Assembly: GCA_028534125.1 (NCBI GenBank)
Contig: CM052816.1
Coordinates: 29,018,001-29,082,000 of the forward strand
Length of the DNA: 64,000 nucleotides
Direction of reading: 5' to 3'
From: Lama glama
Lineage: Eukaryota
Shown: positions 51,451 to 64,000 of the stretch, piece by piece
How the letters are laid out: every line of letters starts with the position of its first letter
Position numbering within the stretch: the first letter of the stretch is position 1
Program-made: the position numbers and the translations under genes
The notes under the pieces: model-generated
What the model was told of the DNA's origin: nothing
Databases searched by the model: none
What the model saw: only the letters and a program-made list of their open reading frames with translations

Positions 51451-51859
51451 CTAAAATGGCTCAAAATACATAAAATCATGCTTTTTCTACCGGGGGGAAA
51501 CATGATGGTTAAAGAAGGAATGTCTAAAAATACTTTGAAAACCATAGATGAAAGTTATTGAAGGATAACATAGATATTTTTAAGACTACACATCAGATTT
51601 TATCCCAATAAAAGTCACAAAAGTTGCATTATTGTTCTAAGAAAACAATTTTAATGGTTACCGATATAATATTAAAATGTAGGAAATCAGTGTCTTTAGA
51701 TAGGAATATGCTGATAGGAATATTATTTTATGGCTATAAAAATCCAGTCAAATATAACTACTAAGTATAGAAAAAGTTTATTCCACTAATATTTAAAACA
51801 ATCTGGTTTATAACTTTGTTTTTAGTAGCATGTTTGGTTTATTTTAAAATTTGAAGAAG

Positions 51860-52610
51860 GACTTCTAGTTTCATTGCTAATATACATAAAAAGCCTGGAA
51901 GTTGTCACTCTCATCTCACAAGAAAAAGCTGAAAATCAATGCTTTTTCTTGGATCTCAGAGGATGTACAGTCATGGGGCAAACTGCCACCAGAAAATCTG
52001 ACGAGACAAGCGCAATTAAAGAGACGCGGCCAAGGTCTGCTCACCTGGAGGAGAAGCCTCTGGAGCCAGAAACTGACAAGAACAGCTAAATGGTAATGTA
52101 TCTAACTGCTGGGGCCTGAGTGTGGACTACCTACAGAGTAAGAAACTCCTAGTCAGCACAATCTTGGGGGGGTCCCCACAATTTTGGGGCCTTGCTGTAG
52201 GAGCCCCAGCAGATTATCACAGTGAAGAACCAAGAATGACCCTTCTGTGGCTCTGTCAGAGGGAGAGGAAGAGTAATGGTCGTGAAATATGCCCAGACCT
52301 TATGCAACAACCAAGGCCTCCTCTCCAGGAGAAAAGTTATTGCCACAGCCGTATCTGAGCTGGAGGAAGAGAATTCCTCCTGCTCCATCCCCCTGTGGTA
52401 TTGCTGCCTTCCCAAAGAGGAAAAACAAGTCAACAACGGCTGGGGATTCAATGAAACACACTGAAAATGCTGCATTCAGGGAAGTAGTAGAGAAAAGGGG
52501 TGGGGGACATCCACCCGTCGGAGTAATACCACTGGAGTAACACCATTGGAGTAACAATTGTGAAGATCGCAGTCCTGAGACACAGGTGCACTAAAAGACT
52601 GAGATTTAAC
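51860..52610 (+). mobile_element. Old L1 5'UTR (L1MC/MD-type)
   Basis: Begins 'gacttctagtttc...', ends 'cactaaaagactgagatttaa'; higher GC explains the overlapping spurious ORFs. Confidence 0.65.
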
Positions 52611-53223
52611 CAGGCAAAAAATTTTAAGGCAAAAGTTTATGACCAACATGCCCAAAAGTTGTGACTAATAACTATTTTTAGGTATTCTATGTTTCATATT
52701 TACAGAAAAAAATGAAAACATCACATAGCAAAACACCTAAAAGTTATAACCTGAATAAAATGCTGTAAAAGTGAATTTGCTTCAAACCGTACGGCTTGTA
52801 GTTTGAATGTTAAAGCAGAATGTAGTAGCAGTTTATTCTTAACAACTCCGTATCTTACCAAGTCCATCAAAATAATCTAATTCCCTGCCTCTTGCACCAT
52901 TCACGAGATTAATACCATTCAGCTTCCATATGTTGCTTCACATTAGCTCAATGTGTTTTCAGTGTAGATATCCAGGATCTATCTAAACACCCTCCATACC
53001 TGGAAAATGTTCATTTCATCCTCTCCATATTATATATCTCTTTTTGAAAGATTAGAATTTAAAAATACGAATTTTTAACACTTGTATTCCCATTTCTGTT
53101 TTGCTTTATGTAAATATAAAACCAAATACTGGTCAGCTATGGGACATTGTTTCAGAATCATGTATGTTTTGGTATCACAGCCAAATAGAAGTTCCCTGCC
53201 TCCTATATATTCTCTGTGCACCT

Positions 53224-53227
<4 letters not shown>

Positions 53228-53258
<31 letters not shown>
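53228..53258. repeat. (AC)n microsatellite, ~15 units
   Basis: Seen directly. Confidence 0.95.
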
Positions 53259-53262
<4 letters not shown>

Positions 53263-53509
53263 TATCTTCAGAGATCCACTGGGGACCTAGAGCAGATTAT
53301 AAGGTAAAAAAGACTATCATTAGAAGTCACAATTTTGTTTTGGTTAAATTTCTGCCATGTTCCTGTACATATCTGAGAAAATGTTTCTCAAATTGGTCTG
53401 TAAGTTCTTCCTGGGTACTTTGTGGTATGTCTAAATTATTTTTAAAACCCATAGGATAAATACATGACATTTCTATAAAATGTGGCTCATTTTACCTAAC
53501 GGTAATACT

Positions 53510-53810
53510 TTTTAAATGTGGATACATATAAAAAGTATAACAAAACCAAAAATCTATTACATAAAGCTAATCTATAATGATATAAAACAGATCAATGTTT
53601 GGCTGGGGCTGAATTTTGAAGGAAATTAACTGGGAATGGTGAGATAGAACTTTTTCAGGCAATACAGATGTTGCATATATGGATGGTAGGAGATTTAAAT
53701 GGATCTATAAATTTGTCAAAACTCATCAAAATTTATACTTAAAATTTTATATATAAAAACTTACATTTATTGCATGTAAATGACACCTAAAATAAAGTAG
53801 ATTTTTAAAA
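53510..53810 (+). mobile_element. L1MC/ME 3' end
   Basis: 'atttgtcaaaactcatcaaaatttatacttaaa...aataaagtagattttt'. Confidence 0.75.
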
Positions 53811-54315
53811 AGAGAAATGACATGAATTTGCAATCTGAAGCTTGAAAATTTTCCTTCACCTCTGAATCTCACTTCTTCACTGTTGAGTTGAACTATTAGG
53901 CAGTATACAAAAATTATCCAAAATGATACATTTCACATTGAATCAGTGAAAGTAAGTTTCCTTTTCTGCTCCTTTAATAAATATTGCCACTTAAAATGTA
54001 AGAATTTTAAAACTAAAATTCCTGCAACAATATTAACTTAATCACAAATGAACATTTCATTTCCTACACTTTACTCTTTAGTGCAGATTTAGCAAATGAA
54101 ATGGTTGACTTCAGAGATAATTTCCTCATCTACCTAATCCATTTCATCCTTTAAGACTGCATTTAGGAGTCATTTCATCTAGGAAGGCTTCTCTCACCAA
54201 CACCACCCCTCTCACCAACACCATCCCTGGCTGGTTTTTTCCAGCCAGGAGAGTGTAGGTGTCTCCGCCCTCTGCTTGCAATATTTTCCCACTTAAATAA
54301 CATCATATTACCACC

Positions 54316-54780
54316 TGACTGTTGCCTAACACAGAGCCTAAGACAGGGACTATTACATAGGAGATCATCACAAGGGTGCTCGCAGAAGAAGCGGAGTGAG
54401 TGAAGAAAACATGATAAGGCAGAGGGAAAATAACGCAAGGATTTTGTCTTGGGTCTCAACTGGAGCCTAGCTTTTCAGCCCACTCCCCTAGAGAATTCCA
54501 CAGCACTAACTGCATCACAGGGTTGATCTCACCCTAAAGCAAGGGACCAGCCTCTTCCCCCTCAGCCACCCCACCCTCCTGCCTTCCCCCTCACTCACCC
54601 ATCAGTCAAGGTCATTACCCCTGGGCTGTCCTGAGCAGGGGCATCATCTCCCTAGTGAGGTAGCAATTCTTAGAAGAAAGAGGCAGTTGTTAGCTGCTAG
54701 CAGCCATACTCATAGCAACAGGGGGAGAGGGTACCTGGCCAGTTAAAGGGATCTGGCTGACACCAACAGTACTCACTACA
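54316..54780 (-). mobile_element. ERVL LTR, LTR16A-like
   Basis: Reverse complement starts tgtagtgagtactgttggtgtcagccagatcccctttaactggccagg..., resembling the LTR16 5' end. Confidence 0.8.
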
Positions 54781-54804
54781 CCACGTAACACTTGTCACAC
54801 TACA

Positions 54805-55060
54805 GCATATGTTTAAAGTATTATTTAAGAACATGGGCTCTTGAATCAGATTGCCTGTAGATGTGAATCCTACATATAGCCATGCATCTTTGGGCAAATC
54901 ACTTAACTTTAAACTTCAGGTCCCACATCTATAAATAGGGATAACAATAGCAGTATCCACCTCATAGGGTTGTCATGAGAATTAAACAGTATATTAGATT
55001 TCCAAGACAGGCCAGTGCCTGGAACATAAGAATTTAATACATGTTAGCTGTTATTGTTAT
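54805..55060 (+). mobile_element. MIR SINE
   Basis: 'ttgggcaaatcacttaac...catctataaatagggataacaatag...cctcatagggttgtcatgagaattaaa'. Confidence 0.85.
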
Positions 55061-55116
55061 TATTGCTGCTCTTACTGATGTGCTGCTATTTTACCATCAT
55101 CATCACCACCAACATA

Positions 55117-55740
55117 TGAAGGGCCTGTATTCCCCTCTAGACAATGAATCGGGTAAGAAAAAGAAAAACAAACTGACACACAAGAACTCACCTAACACTA
55201 GCAGCTAGGTCTAGGAGCTATTATGAGATAGCCTGGCATTCACAGCTAAATCGTGGCATTCTTTTCTTAAAACGAACTTCACGGAGCATTGACATCAGAC
55301 GCGCTAGCTCTGTGACATTAATAAAGTGAGATGAAAATGACCATTCTATGATCTTGTCAGGACAGAGACAAAACAAGATGATGGTATGAACAATAAAAAT
55401 TACCAGACATCCTCCTCTTCTGGCGAACATGCTTTGCCGGTTATAGGCTTAGACTCACATTATTCTTCCTGCCTTCTAGAAAGGTTCACTAAAATACCCA
55501 GTCATAAAATCACCCTGTTCCCTAACAGCACCCAATCCAGAGGCAGTCCCACTTCCTTGAACCTTCCTCAAAAATCACCTGACACAAACCCAAATTCTGT
55601 AATAAACACACTCAACAACAGAAGTGAAGCACCATGTTTCTCCGTCGTATGTGGTCTCCCTCAGTGCCATAAACCAACTAATTAAACTTCACTTGACTAC
55701 AGATACATTTCTGATGGTCTTCGGCTGAAAGACTTTGACA
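55117..55740 (+). mobile_element. Old ERV1 LTR (MER89/MER90-like)
   Basis: tgaagggcc...ttgaca termini and 3' end 'tgactacagatacatttctgatggtcttcggctg'. No TSD. Confidence 0.65.
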
Positions 55741-55989
55741 AAGAGAGTGTTCATCCTCGTGCTCCCAGTGCTTAAGACGTAGTAGGCATTTCATAAGAGT
55801 TTTTTGAAAAAAATAAATTAACCCTAGACACCAGTTAGTTCCAAAGATCCTGACTGTATTTAATGGCAGGTGCTTTTTACATTTGCAGTTGGTAGAGTTA
55901 CTTAGAATACACAGATACCTACCAAGCATAGAACAACAGAGGTAGGCAAAATTGAGATACCAATTTAAAAAATCATAGTTCTAGGAACA

Positions 55990-56137
55990 TGACCTGACTG
56001 ACACCTTGATTGAGAAGAAGACTCAGCTAAGCTGTTCCTGGACTCCTGACTCACATAAATAATGAGATAATACATATACATTATTTTAAGCTGCTAAGTT
56101 TGTAGCTCTTTGTTTAACCTGCATAGAAAACTAAGAT
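55990..56137 (+). mobile_element. MLT1 3' fragment
   Basis: 'ttttaagctgctaagttt...gcatagaaaactaagata'. Confidence 0.7.
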
Positions 56138-57949
56138 AGGTAAACACGGTCTTTGTGTTATCCTTGTGCCATTTCTGTACATTTGAAACTATGTCATTAT
56201 AAAGAGGTATTAAAAACAAAACCAAAACCAAAATCACAGTTCTGAGCATCTGGCCATCAATAGCAGTAATGAAGAACAGTAAATCAAAGGCTCAGATAAA
56301 ACTCTCAAACGACAAACTTGTAAGTAGTGCAGATTCTGCAATGACAGATGCTACTACAAATCAAAGATTCATCACTATCTTGTATGCACTGTATAAACAG
56401 GGCTGGCCCAAGTTGTTACAGTACTCTTGGAAATCACATTTGGACTATTGTCATCTTGGAGAAATACCCTATTTTGATCTAGAAAATCCAGTAGTAACTC
56501 AAACAGACAACCAATCCAGCTGATAGAAAATATTTTAATAGATAGATAACAACAATGTAAATGAGCTACAGAATATAGATATTTTTGCAGCAGCTGGAAG
56601 AAACTCTCATATACATATTCAGCAATAGGCCTCTGTATCATTTCCAGAAGGAATAAAAGAGCTCATCCATCTTTATACTAATCTTTAAAGCCCATTGTCA
56701 CTTTTTTTCTTTCAAGTCTTAATAGTAGAAGATCAAATGTGATCTACCTTAAAATCTGACCCCGAGCAAATTTGACTCTATGAGATTGCCTCACTGACGA
56801 TGTTACTTTTAAAAGAAATTATTTGTTTAGGTGAAAATGAGAATTATTGCCATTTTTAATCTAACTATGTCAATGATACCAACCTTCTAATGTAAGCCCA
56901 CATGTATATTCAGGAGTACTGATACAGTGCCTAATTTATACTTTTAAGTTGTTACATTTTGACATGAATTATGTACTTATTGTAATTTGGAGAAGTGACA
57001 ATTTTACATTAGAAACACTTGATTTTTTGTTAAAAAGTTACTAAAGAGAGGTTATAACAAAACTGAAACCATATATAAGTTCAACATTCAAATATGTCCA
57101 CAGTTCACACTTTGCTGATAGTTTTCCTCATTTTTCCTTACTATATTTTCTAAAGTAGTATCTATTACAAATGCCATTTGTAACCTGAATTTTTACTTAA
57201 TAATATCACATAAATGTCTTTATCTCACTAAAGGCATTTCTACACTATTATTTTAATATATGCACCCCCTTCATATTGACATTTTAGCTTCCAATTTAAA
57301 AATTTAGCTTCATTTAAAAAAAGATAGACTTCCAAAATGTACAAGTTTAGTAAATCAGCATCTCACACTCCCCTTGTAGAAATCTTCTAAAAGCAACAAG
57401 GAGAGATTTTAATGCAAACACCATTTCCAGTTCAGATTGCCACTGAACTATACATAAGACTGATCATCTAAAGCAGTCAGGGTTAAGAGAGTGGCTGGTA
57501 AAGAATCCTGGAATAAAATCCAGAGTGAAATTTCTGTAAGGGAGAATATACCTTAAAGTGCTCTCAAAATGCATTTGTAAAAGTGAGAGGTTCAGACTGA
57601 TGTTTAAAAACTGTATCACCTGACATATGGGGAGTGCAAGAACTGAGTTAAAATGGGCTAGTAACTGAAAACTCTCTTCCATAGGGTTTGGTTCAGTGAA
57701 GTAGAGTAAGCATTCTACTTAAAAGAAAAGAAGTCAAAAGAAAAAGCTACAGCTAAATGAAGCAGTCTGCACTTTGGCAAGAAAGGAAGAGAACTTCTGA
57801 ATTGTGAACAAGAGTAAATCTGGGACACTATCTTGACCTCCATCTGACTCTCTCAAGTAATTTCTTGAAAAAGGCTGATGTAGGAAAAATCAGTTCATTC
57901 AATGATAAAACACAGGAAAGAGCCATAATAGTATCAAGAACGCATACTG

Positions 57950-58835
57950 TAGACTTTTATTTCTGACCAAGATGGAGTAAGAGGGACCAGATTTTCTCAC
58001 CTTCCTCAATTAGAAAACCATATGAAATATACAAAACAATGGTTTTTCAAGATACTGGACATCAAGCAACAAAAAGCAGTGACCCCTGAGAGACAGGAAA
58101 CAGAAAAGATGAGCCCCGTGGTTTACTGCCCAGTTTACTGTGCCGAGAGTCTCCAGGCACAGAGAAAAGAAACTCAGAAAGAGACCTGCATATCCCCAAA
58201 TTAAGAAGACAGAGTTGGGGTGCAATGATATCAAGGCATCTAGAGTTCATGAAACAGAGTGCTGCAGAGGAGATAGCCTCACAGCAAAAGGACTCCAGAG
58301 ATCTGTATACATGTGTAAGGAAATTACCAAGGCTGAAGAAGGAGTCACATGGAAGAATTAGAGGTAACATTGCCTAACTCACAGAATCCAAGAACGGTGC
58401 CTACTCATACCAGCCAGAATGGAAAGTCTGAAGATTCACCGGGGGCATTGTGTACAGTGCACACAATGGTCTTGCCTCAGTAGTGGAGAATAATTCGCCC
58501 TAGAACAAACATTGCTCCACCAGCAAAGCTTCCCACCTAACAAAGCTTAAAATCAAGTCCTGAAAGGATGAAATTCACAATGCCTAAAATCTATTCAAAA
58601 TTTACCAGGCATGAAAAGGAAGAAAACATGATCTATCACGGAGACAACAAAAATATCTATCATAATCAACCCAGAACTGACACATATATTAGAATTAGCA
58701 GACAAGGACATTAAAACACTTATTATAACTGTATTCCATATATTCACAAAGCAGAAAAATGTAACATATAATAAAGCCCAAATCAAACTAATAGAATTGA
58801 AAAGTACAATGTCTGAGGTGAAAAATACAATGAAA
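57950..58835 (+). mobile_element. Old L1 5'UTR-ORF1
   Basis: 'gaattagcagacaaggacattaaaac'; similar to 27290-28445. Confidence 0.75.
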
Positions 58836-58839
58836 GGGA

Positions 58840-61330
58840 ATCCAGCACTGACAACCATGGACCTACTTACTATCCACACTTTAGTCTTTTCCAGAATGTC
58901 ACATAAATGGAGTCATTCACCATGTAGCTTTTTTGAGCCTGGCTTTCAAGATTCATTAACACTGTCACATGTATCAGAAGTTCATTCCTTTTATTGCTGA
59001 GTTATACTCAATTGTACAGATGTACTTAAATTTTGTGTATACGTTCAGCAGTTGAAGGACATTCAGGGCTTTTTTCCAGTTTGTACAATTATGAATGAAG
59101 CTACTATAAACACTTACATAGAGATTTTTGTGTCAATCTCTATGCAGACCTTCATTTCCAATAAATACCTAGAAATGGAACTGCTGGATGATATAGTATG
59201 TGTATGTTTAACTTTATAAGAATCTGCCAAATTGTCTTCCAAAGTGGGTGTACTATTTTATATTCACAACACTAATGAATGACATCTCTAGTTGTTCTGC
59301 ATATTAATCAGATTTTTTTGGTTGTAGTTATTCTAAGAGGTATGTGGTGATTCCTCCCTGCAGTTTTAATTTGCATTTCCCTAATGCAAAATGATTTTAA
59401 ATATGCTGAACTGATGTTGAGTAATGATGCTGAAAATCTTTTCATGTGCTTGTTTGCCATTTATACCTCTTCTTTGATCAAGTGTCGATTCAAATCTTTT
59501 ACTCATTTTAATTCAGTTTTTTGTTTATTTTGAGTTGTGAATGTTCTTTGTTATATTTATTAAAAATCTTTTATCAGTTTTATGTTTGCATACATTTTCT
59601 CCAAGTCAGTTTCTATTCATTTTTGTAACATTTCATATCACAGAGGAAAAGTGGGTTTTCTTATTTTGATAAAGCCCAATTTATCAGTATTTCTTTTTGT
59701 AGTCTAGGTATTTTGAGCCTTGCCTTAAAAAACTTTATCTCATCCCATGCCAAAAGGTTTTATCCTATATTCCCTTCTGGAAATTTTATAACTTTATCTC
59801 TTACATACAGATCTCTTACACACTTTGTGATAATTTTTCTATATGGAGCAAAGTACTTGTCATTCTTCATTGCTTTGCATAAAGACATCCAAATAGTTGG
59901 GCATTATACATTAAGAGACTATCATTATTCCATTAACTTGCCTTGATGTCTTTATAAAAAATCAATCAACTATATACCTGCAAGTCTATTTCTATAGTCT
60001 CTATTCTGATTCATTATCTACCTCAAGTATCTATCCTTGAAACAGTATCACATTGATTTCATTACTGTCGCTTTATAATAAAAACTGAAATCAGGTAATG
60101 TAAGTCCTCCAACTTTGCTTCTGTTCAAAAACAATTTGGTTATTCTAAGTTCCTTTCTTTCCATATGAATATTGTAATCAGCTGGTCAATTTTTAACCCC
60201 CCAAAAAGCTTGCTGGCTTTCTAATTAGAACTTCATTGAATCTACAGATTTTTGTGGAAATCAACACTTTAACAACACTGAGTCTTCCAATCCATGAAAA
60301 TGGTTTATCTTTGCACATACATTAATCTCTTTTGACATACAGTTGGAATCACTGTTTTATCATTTTCATAATGCAAATATATTACATATTTTGGTAGAAT
60401 CATTCCTATTTTTCATGATTTTAGTGCTAGTGAAAGTGATACCATATTTACAATTTTAATTTCCAAATGTTCATTCCTAGCATATAGAACTAGATAGAGT
60501 TAATTTCTTATATTAACTTTGCATGATTTTACCTTGATAAACTCATTTATTAGTTTTAATATTTTGCACATTTTTTGATATTTTCTAAGTAGTTAATCAT
60601 GTCATCTTCAAATAGACATTTTATTTTTTCTTTCCAATATGCATGTCTTTTACTATTTTTTTCCTGCTTTCATGCACTAAGACCTATATTATAATGTTGA
60701 ATGGGAGTGGTTTTTGATAGTGGACATTTTGGTCTTGCTCCTTACTCCACAGAGAATGCAATCAGTCTTTTACCATTAAGTATGATGCTGGAGGTAGGGT
60801 TATTTGTAGATTCCCTTTGTCAATTTGAAGAAGTCCCCATTAATTCCTGATACACTGGAGGTTTGTTTTATTTTTGTAAGTATGCGTGGGTTTTGAATTT
60901 TTAAAAAAATTTTTTTTTGTATCTATTGAGATGAAAACATTATCTTCAGTCTAGTGATATGGTACATTTCATTGATTTTAAGTTAAACCAGTCTTATATT
61001 CCTGCAATAAACCGCACTTAATCATGATGTGCTATCACTTTAGTGTATTGCCAGGTTTTATTTGATAAGATTTATTAAGAGTTTTTAAAAAGAGTTTTTT
61101 GAGGTATATTGGCATGTAGTTATCTTTAATATTGGCATGTAGTTATCTTTAATATCTTTGAGTTGATAAACAGTTCATCTTCTTCAACTTCTGGAAGAAT
61201 TTATGTAGAATTAGTGTTAATTCTTCCTTCAGTGTTTGGTAGAATTTTCCAGTAAAATCAACTAAGACTGCAGTTTTCTTTGCTGGGAGTTTTTCAAGAA
61301 CTAGTTCATTTTCTTTAATAGCTATAGAAC
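58840..61330 (-). mobile_element. L1M 3'UTR + ORF2 fragment (~2.5 kb)
   Basis: Reverse L1 'gttttaatttgcatttccctaatg', 'gagtcttccaatccatgaa', 'tttggtagaattttccagtaaa'. Confidence 0.9.
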
Positions 61331-61665
61331 TGTGGCAGGAAAAGTCCTAAAATGGCCCCCTAAATTTCCTTCCCTTGGTGTAAATGCCTTATAGAATCCC
61401 CTCTGTGTACGATGATAGCATATGAGTGATTATGTTAGATTGTATGACAACTGGGAGTTTATTCTGAGTGGCCCTAATTAAAACCAGTGTTTTCTCCAGC
61501 TGGTCACAGAAGAGGAAAGCAAAGAGACACAATGCAACTAGTCTGGAAGAAAGCAAATATCCACCCTGTAAACTATGGGAGACATATGGCAACATCGAGG
61601 AGCTGAGATTGGCCCCAGCCAGTACAAATCTAGCAGGGAAATGGACACCTCAGTCCTACAACCCT
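61331..61665 (+). mobile_element. MaLR LTR 5' part (MLT1E/F-like)
   Basis: 'tgtggcaggaaaagtcctaaaatggcccc...gacacctcagtcctacaacc'. Confidence 0.75.
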
Positions 61666-61669
61666 TTGA

Positions 61670-62750
61670 AAATGGTGGGAGCTGCTTTAGTTAGAGTGGT
61701 CAGGGATGTTCTCTCTGAAGACATGACATTTGAAATAACACCTAAGTTATGAAACAGAGGCACCCACAAAAAGGAATAGGAGTAAATCTTTCCAAACAAA
61801 AAAAATGAGCATTGTGAGCAGGTACAGTAAGTAAAAGGGAGGATGGAGATCGACTATGTCAGACAGGCAGGCAGAAGACCTGAAAATACAGGTCAGGGTA
61901 AGAAGTATGCTTGCAAATTTTATTCAGGTTGCAAAAGGAAACCACTGGAAGATTTTCAGAAAGGAAATGCCATAATACTATTCATGCATTAGAAAAATCA
62001 CTTAAACTGTTATATATCTTATGATTTTGTAGGAAAGCAAAGATGAGAGCAGAGAAATTCATTAAAAGGGTATTTAAATATTAAAACTGAGAAATGATAG
62101 AGGCTTGCAATGTGAGTATTTTTTATGGAGGTAACAATGAGTATTCAGATTCAAGATATACTTAAATTAGATAGGTTCATCTAATTATCTAATTAAATTA
62201 AAATCAATAAGACTTACTTACACACTGTGTTTAGGATTTGAGGAAAGAAGACACATCAAGTACAATGCCTTGAATTGACAACTGAGAGAACAATGGTGTT
62301 ATTCTGAGGTTGGGAAAACTTGGAGGGAAGCAGCTGGGGTGGGAGGCAGAACAACAGTTCTAGGTTGAACATGTTGGATTTGAGCTGACTATAAAGAAAT
62401 CAAATGAGACAGCCAGATATAAAAGTGTAGAGTTCAGCGGAGAAGTAAGGATTGGTGATGTCAATATGATGGACTTAAACCTATAGATAACATTTAGAGC
62501 AATAAACATGGAAATGATCATTTAAGGAGACTATCAGATTATGAAAAAAGAAAGGCAAAGACACTTTCAAGGGGTGCTTTAATATTCACTGGTCTGGTAG
62601 ACAGGAATAAATTAGAGAAGAAGACTAAAGAAGTGACCACTGAAATAGGAAGAAAACTAAGTGAGTGTGATATTAGCCTAGAAAAGCAAGTATTTTCATA
62701 AGGACGGAGGGATTACTTCTGCCAAATGATGCTGAGAAGTCAAGTAAGGT
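61670..62750 (-). mobile_element. L2 fragment
   Basis: 'ctctctgaagacatgacatttga', 'aaatgatgctgagaagtcaagtaagg'. Confidence 0.8.
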
Positions 62751-63399
62751 CTGTTCCATTAAGAGGGCCTTCAAGCAAATACTATGCAGGGAAACTTGCT
62801 TTCCTTGGTCAGCAGATTATCTACTAATGCAGTTAAAGCTTGTAGATGTTGGATGATAAAGCTGGTAGATAAAAATCCGTAACACTAAAGTTGTTTGAAG
62901 TTAGGAGCCACTGCTACATTTGAACTGTAAGTATTTGATAGGCTTTTAGCTCTATGTTTTAAAAGGTTCGGTGGGTTAAATTTGCTTACACCAAAGCAAC
63001 TGGTGTAGTGCCTGCTTTGGTGTAGACACTAAGGACAGTCGACAACCCCTACCTGTCTGGACTTACTGAATAAGAGTCAGCAATCAGCTGGCTCCATGAA
63101 ACGGAAGTCTATATGAACGATCCTCCTAGATTTAGGCTAGAAAGTATACACTAGGTCCATGTTGCTATTATTGTGTCTGCTGCCTACAAATGTTTAGAAT
63201 AACCACTTATCATCTCTCTGGTAAGCAAGGCCCAAATCCTCCCTGGAGATGTAGTGAACTGTAATCTTCAGCTTCTTCACTCATCTTAAAAGCATTTCCT
63301 TTCATTCCTACTATAACTCAAAAAGATGAATAGCAATCATAAAGCTTATTCAAAACTTACAATCTGTGAATCTGAGATGCTAGGTAAAGACACATTCAT

Positions 63400-64000
63400 C
63401 TAGAGAAATAAATTAGATACTGTATTCAAGTAAGGAGCTAGAAAATTATCTTTGAACTGACTAATTCAGTGAGGAAAAAAGAAACTTAAGAAATTAAGAC
63501 TAGTGAAAAAGAGATAAGGTCAATATACTGAAGGCCTCATGAAGGTTGGGGAACTGTTTCAAATGGAAATACTGGAACAAGGAAGCTGAAAGGCTAGGAA
63601 GTAATAATACAGTAAAATGTTTGAAAGCACGATTATGGAGGCAGGAGAGTTATTGGTGATGACTATGGGAGTAGACTGCAGAAAAAGCTGGAAGTAAAAA
63701 TTAGAGGTGAGGAGGTTATGGAAATGAGGGGCCTGGTGCTGACTAGATCATCAAGGTCGATGTTCAAGTTATCAAGTGATAAATGGAGAAGTCACAGGGT
63801 CAATGCGGATGCAGATAAGACAGGTGACAAGGCAGCGTGTGAAGGAGAATGGAGAAAATGGGCCTGTGCCTTCTGGAGTCACATGATTGTCCAGGTTAGG
63901 TGAGCCTAAACTAAGGGAGTGGGGTAGCAGTGGAGTAAAAGGCAGAGGTCAATCTTGGAGCTATTCTGGGGTGGAATCAGTAGGAGTTTGGGACTAAATG
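63400..64000 (-). mobile_element. L2 fragments
   Basis: Purine-rich reverse L2-like sequence 'ctattctggggtggaatcagtagga'. Confidence 0.55.

Noticed and set aside
52859..52999. Minus-strand exon-like segment
   Set aside because: Stops in all frames, weak pyrimidine tract and no supporting context.
537..63903. All ORFs in the supplied six-frame track (60-146 aa) as genes
   Set aside because: They are short, often start at non-ATG codons and many lie inside L1, L2 or LTR remnants (e.g. 21067-21507 is antisense L1). None resembles a known cellular protein.
1..64000. CRISPR array, operon, rRNA or CpG island
   Set aside because: This is repeat-rich mammalian DNA. I saw no regularly spaced repeats, no rRNA-like sequence and no CpG-rich segment.

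Overview
AT-rich, CpG-depleted mammalian genomic DNA, not prokaryotic. It is most likely camelid (alpaca/camel): there are two Vic-1-type tRNA-derived SINEs and cetartiodactyl-type L1 3' ends, and I saw no Alu, B1, Bov-A or PRE1. Much of the window is decayed transposable elements: L1, L2, MIR, MaLR/ERVL/ERV1 solo LTRs, MER5 and Tigger2-type MITEs, and an ancient RTE-clade LINE. None of the supplied ORFs is a credible gene, and I recognise no named protein-coding gene. The main non-repeat signal is on the minus strand. A compact CCAAT + HNF1 + TATA-like promoter at ~4.1 kb is followed by three ATG-free exon-like segments pointing to a gene off the left edge. A further series of exon-like segments with canonical splice sites lies at 7.1, 7.9, 16.4, 24.9, 31.2 and 51.4 kb; four of these can be spliced into a 100-codon ORF of unknown family. 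Exon calls and repeat subfamily names were made by eye and need RNA-seq, RepeatMasker and alignment confirmation. Repeat boundaries without a TSD are approximate.
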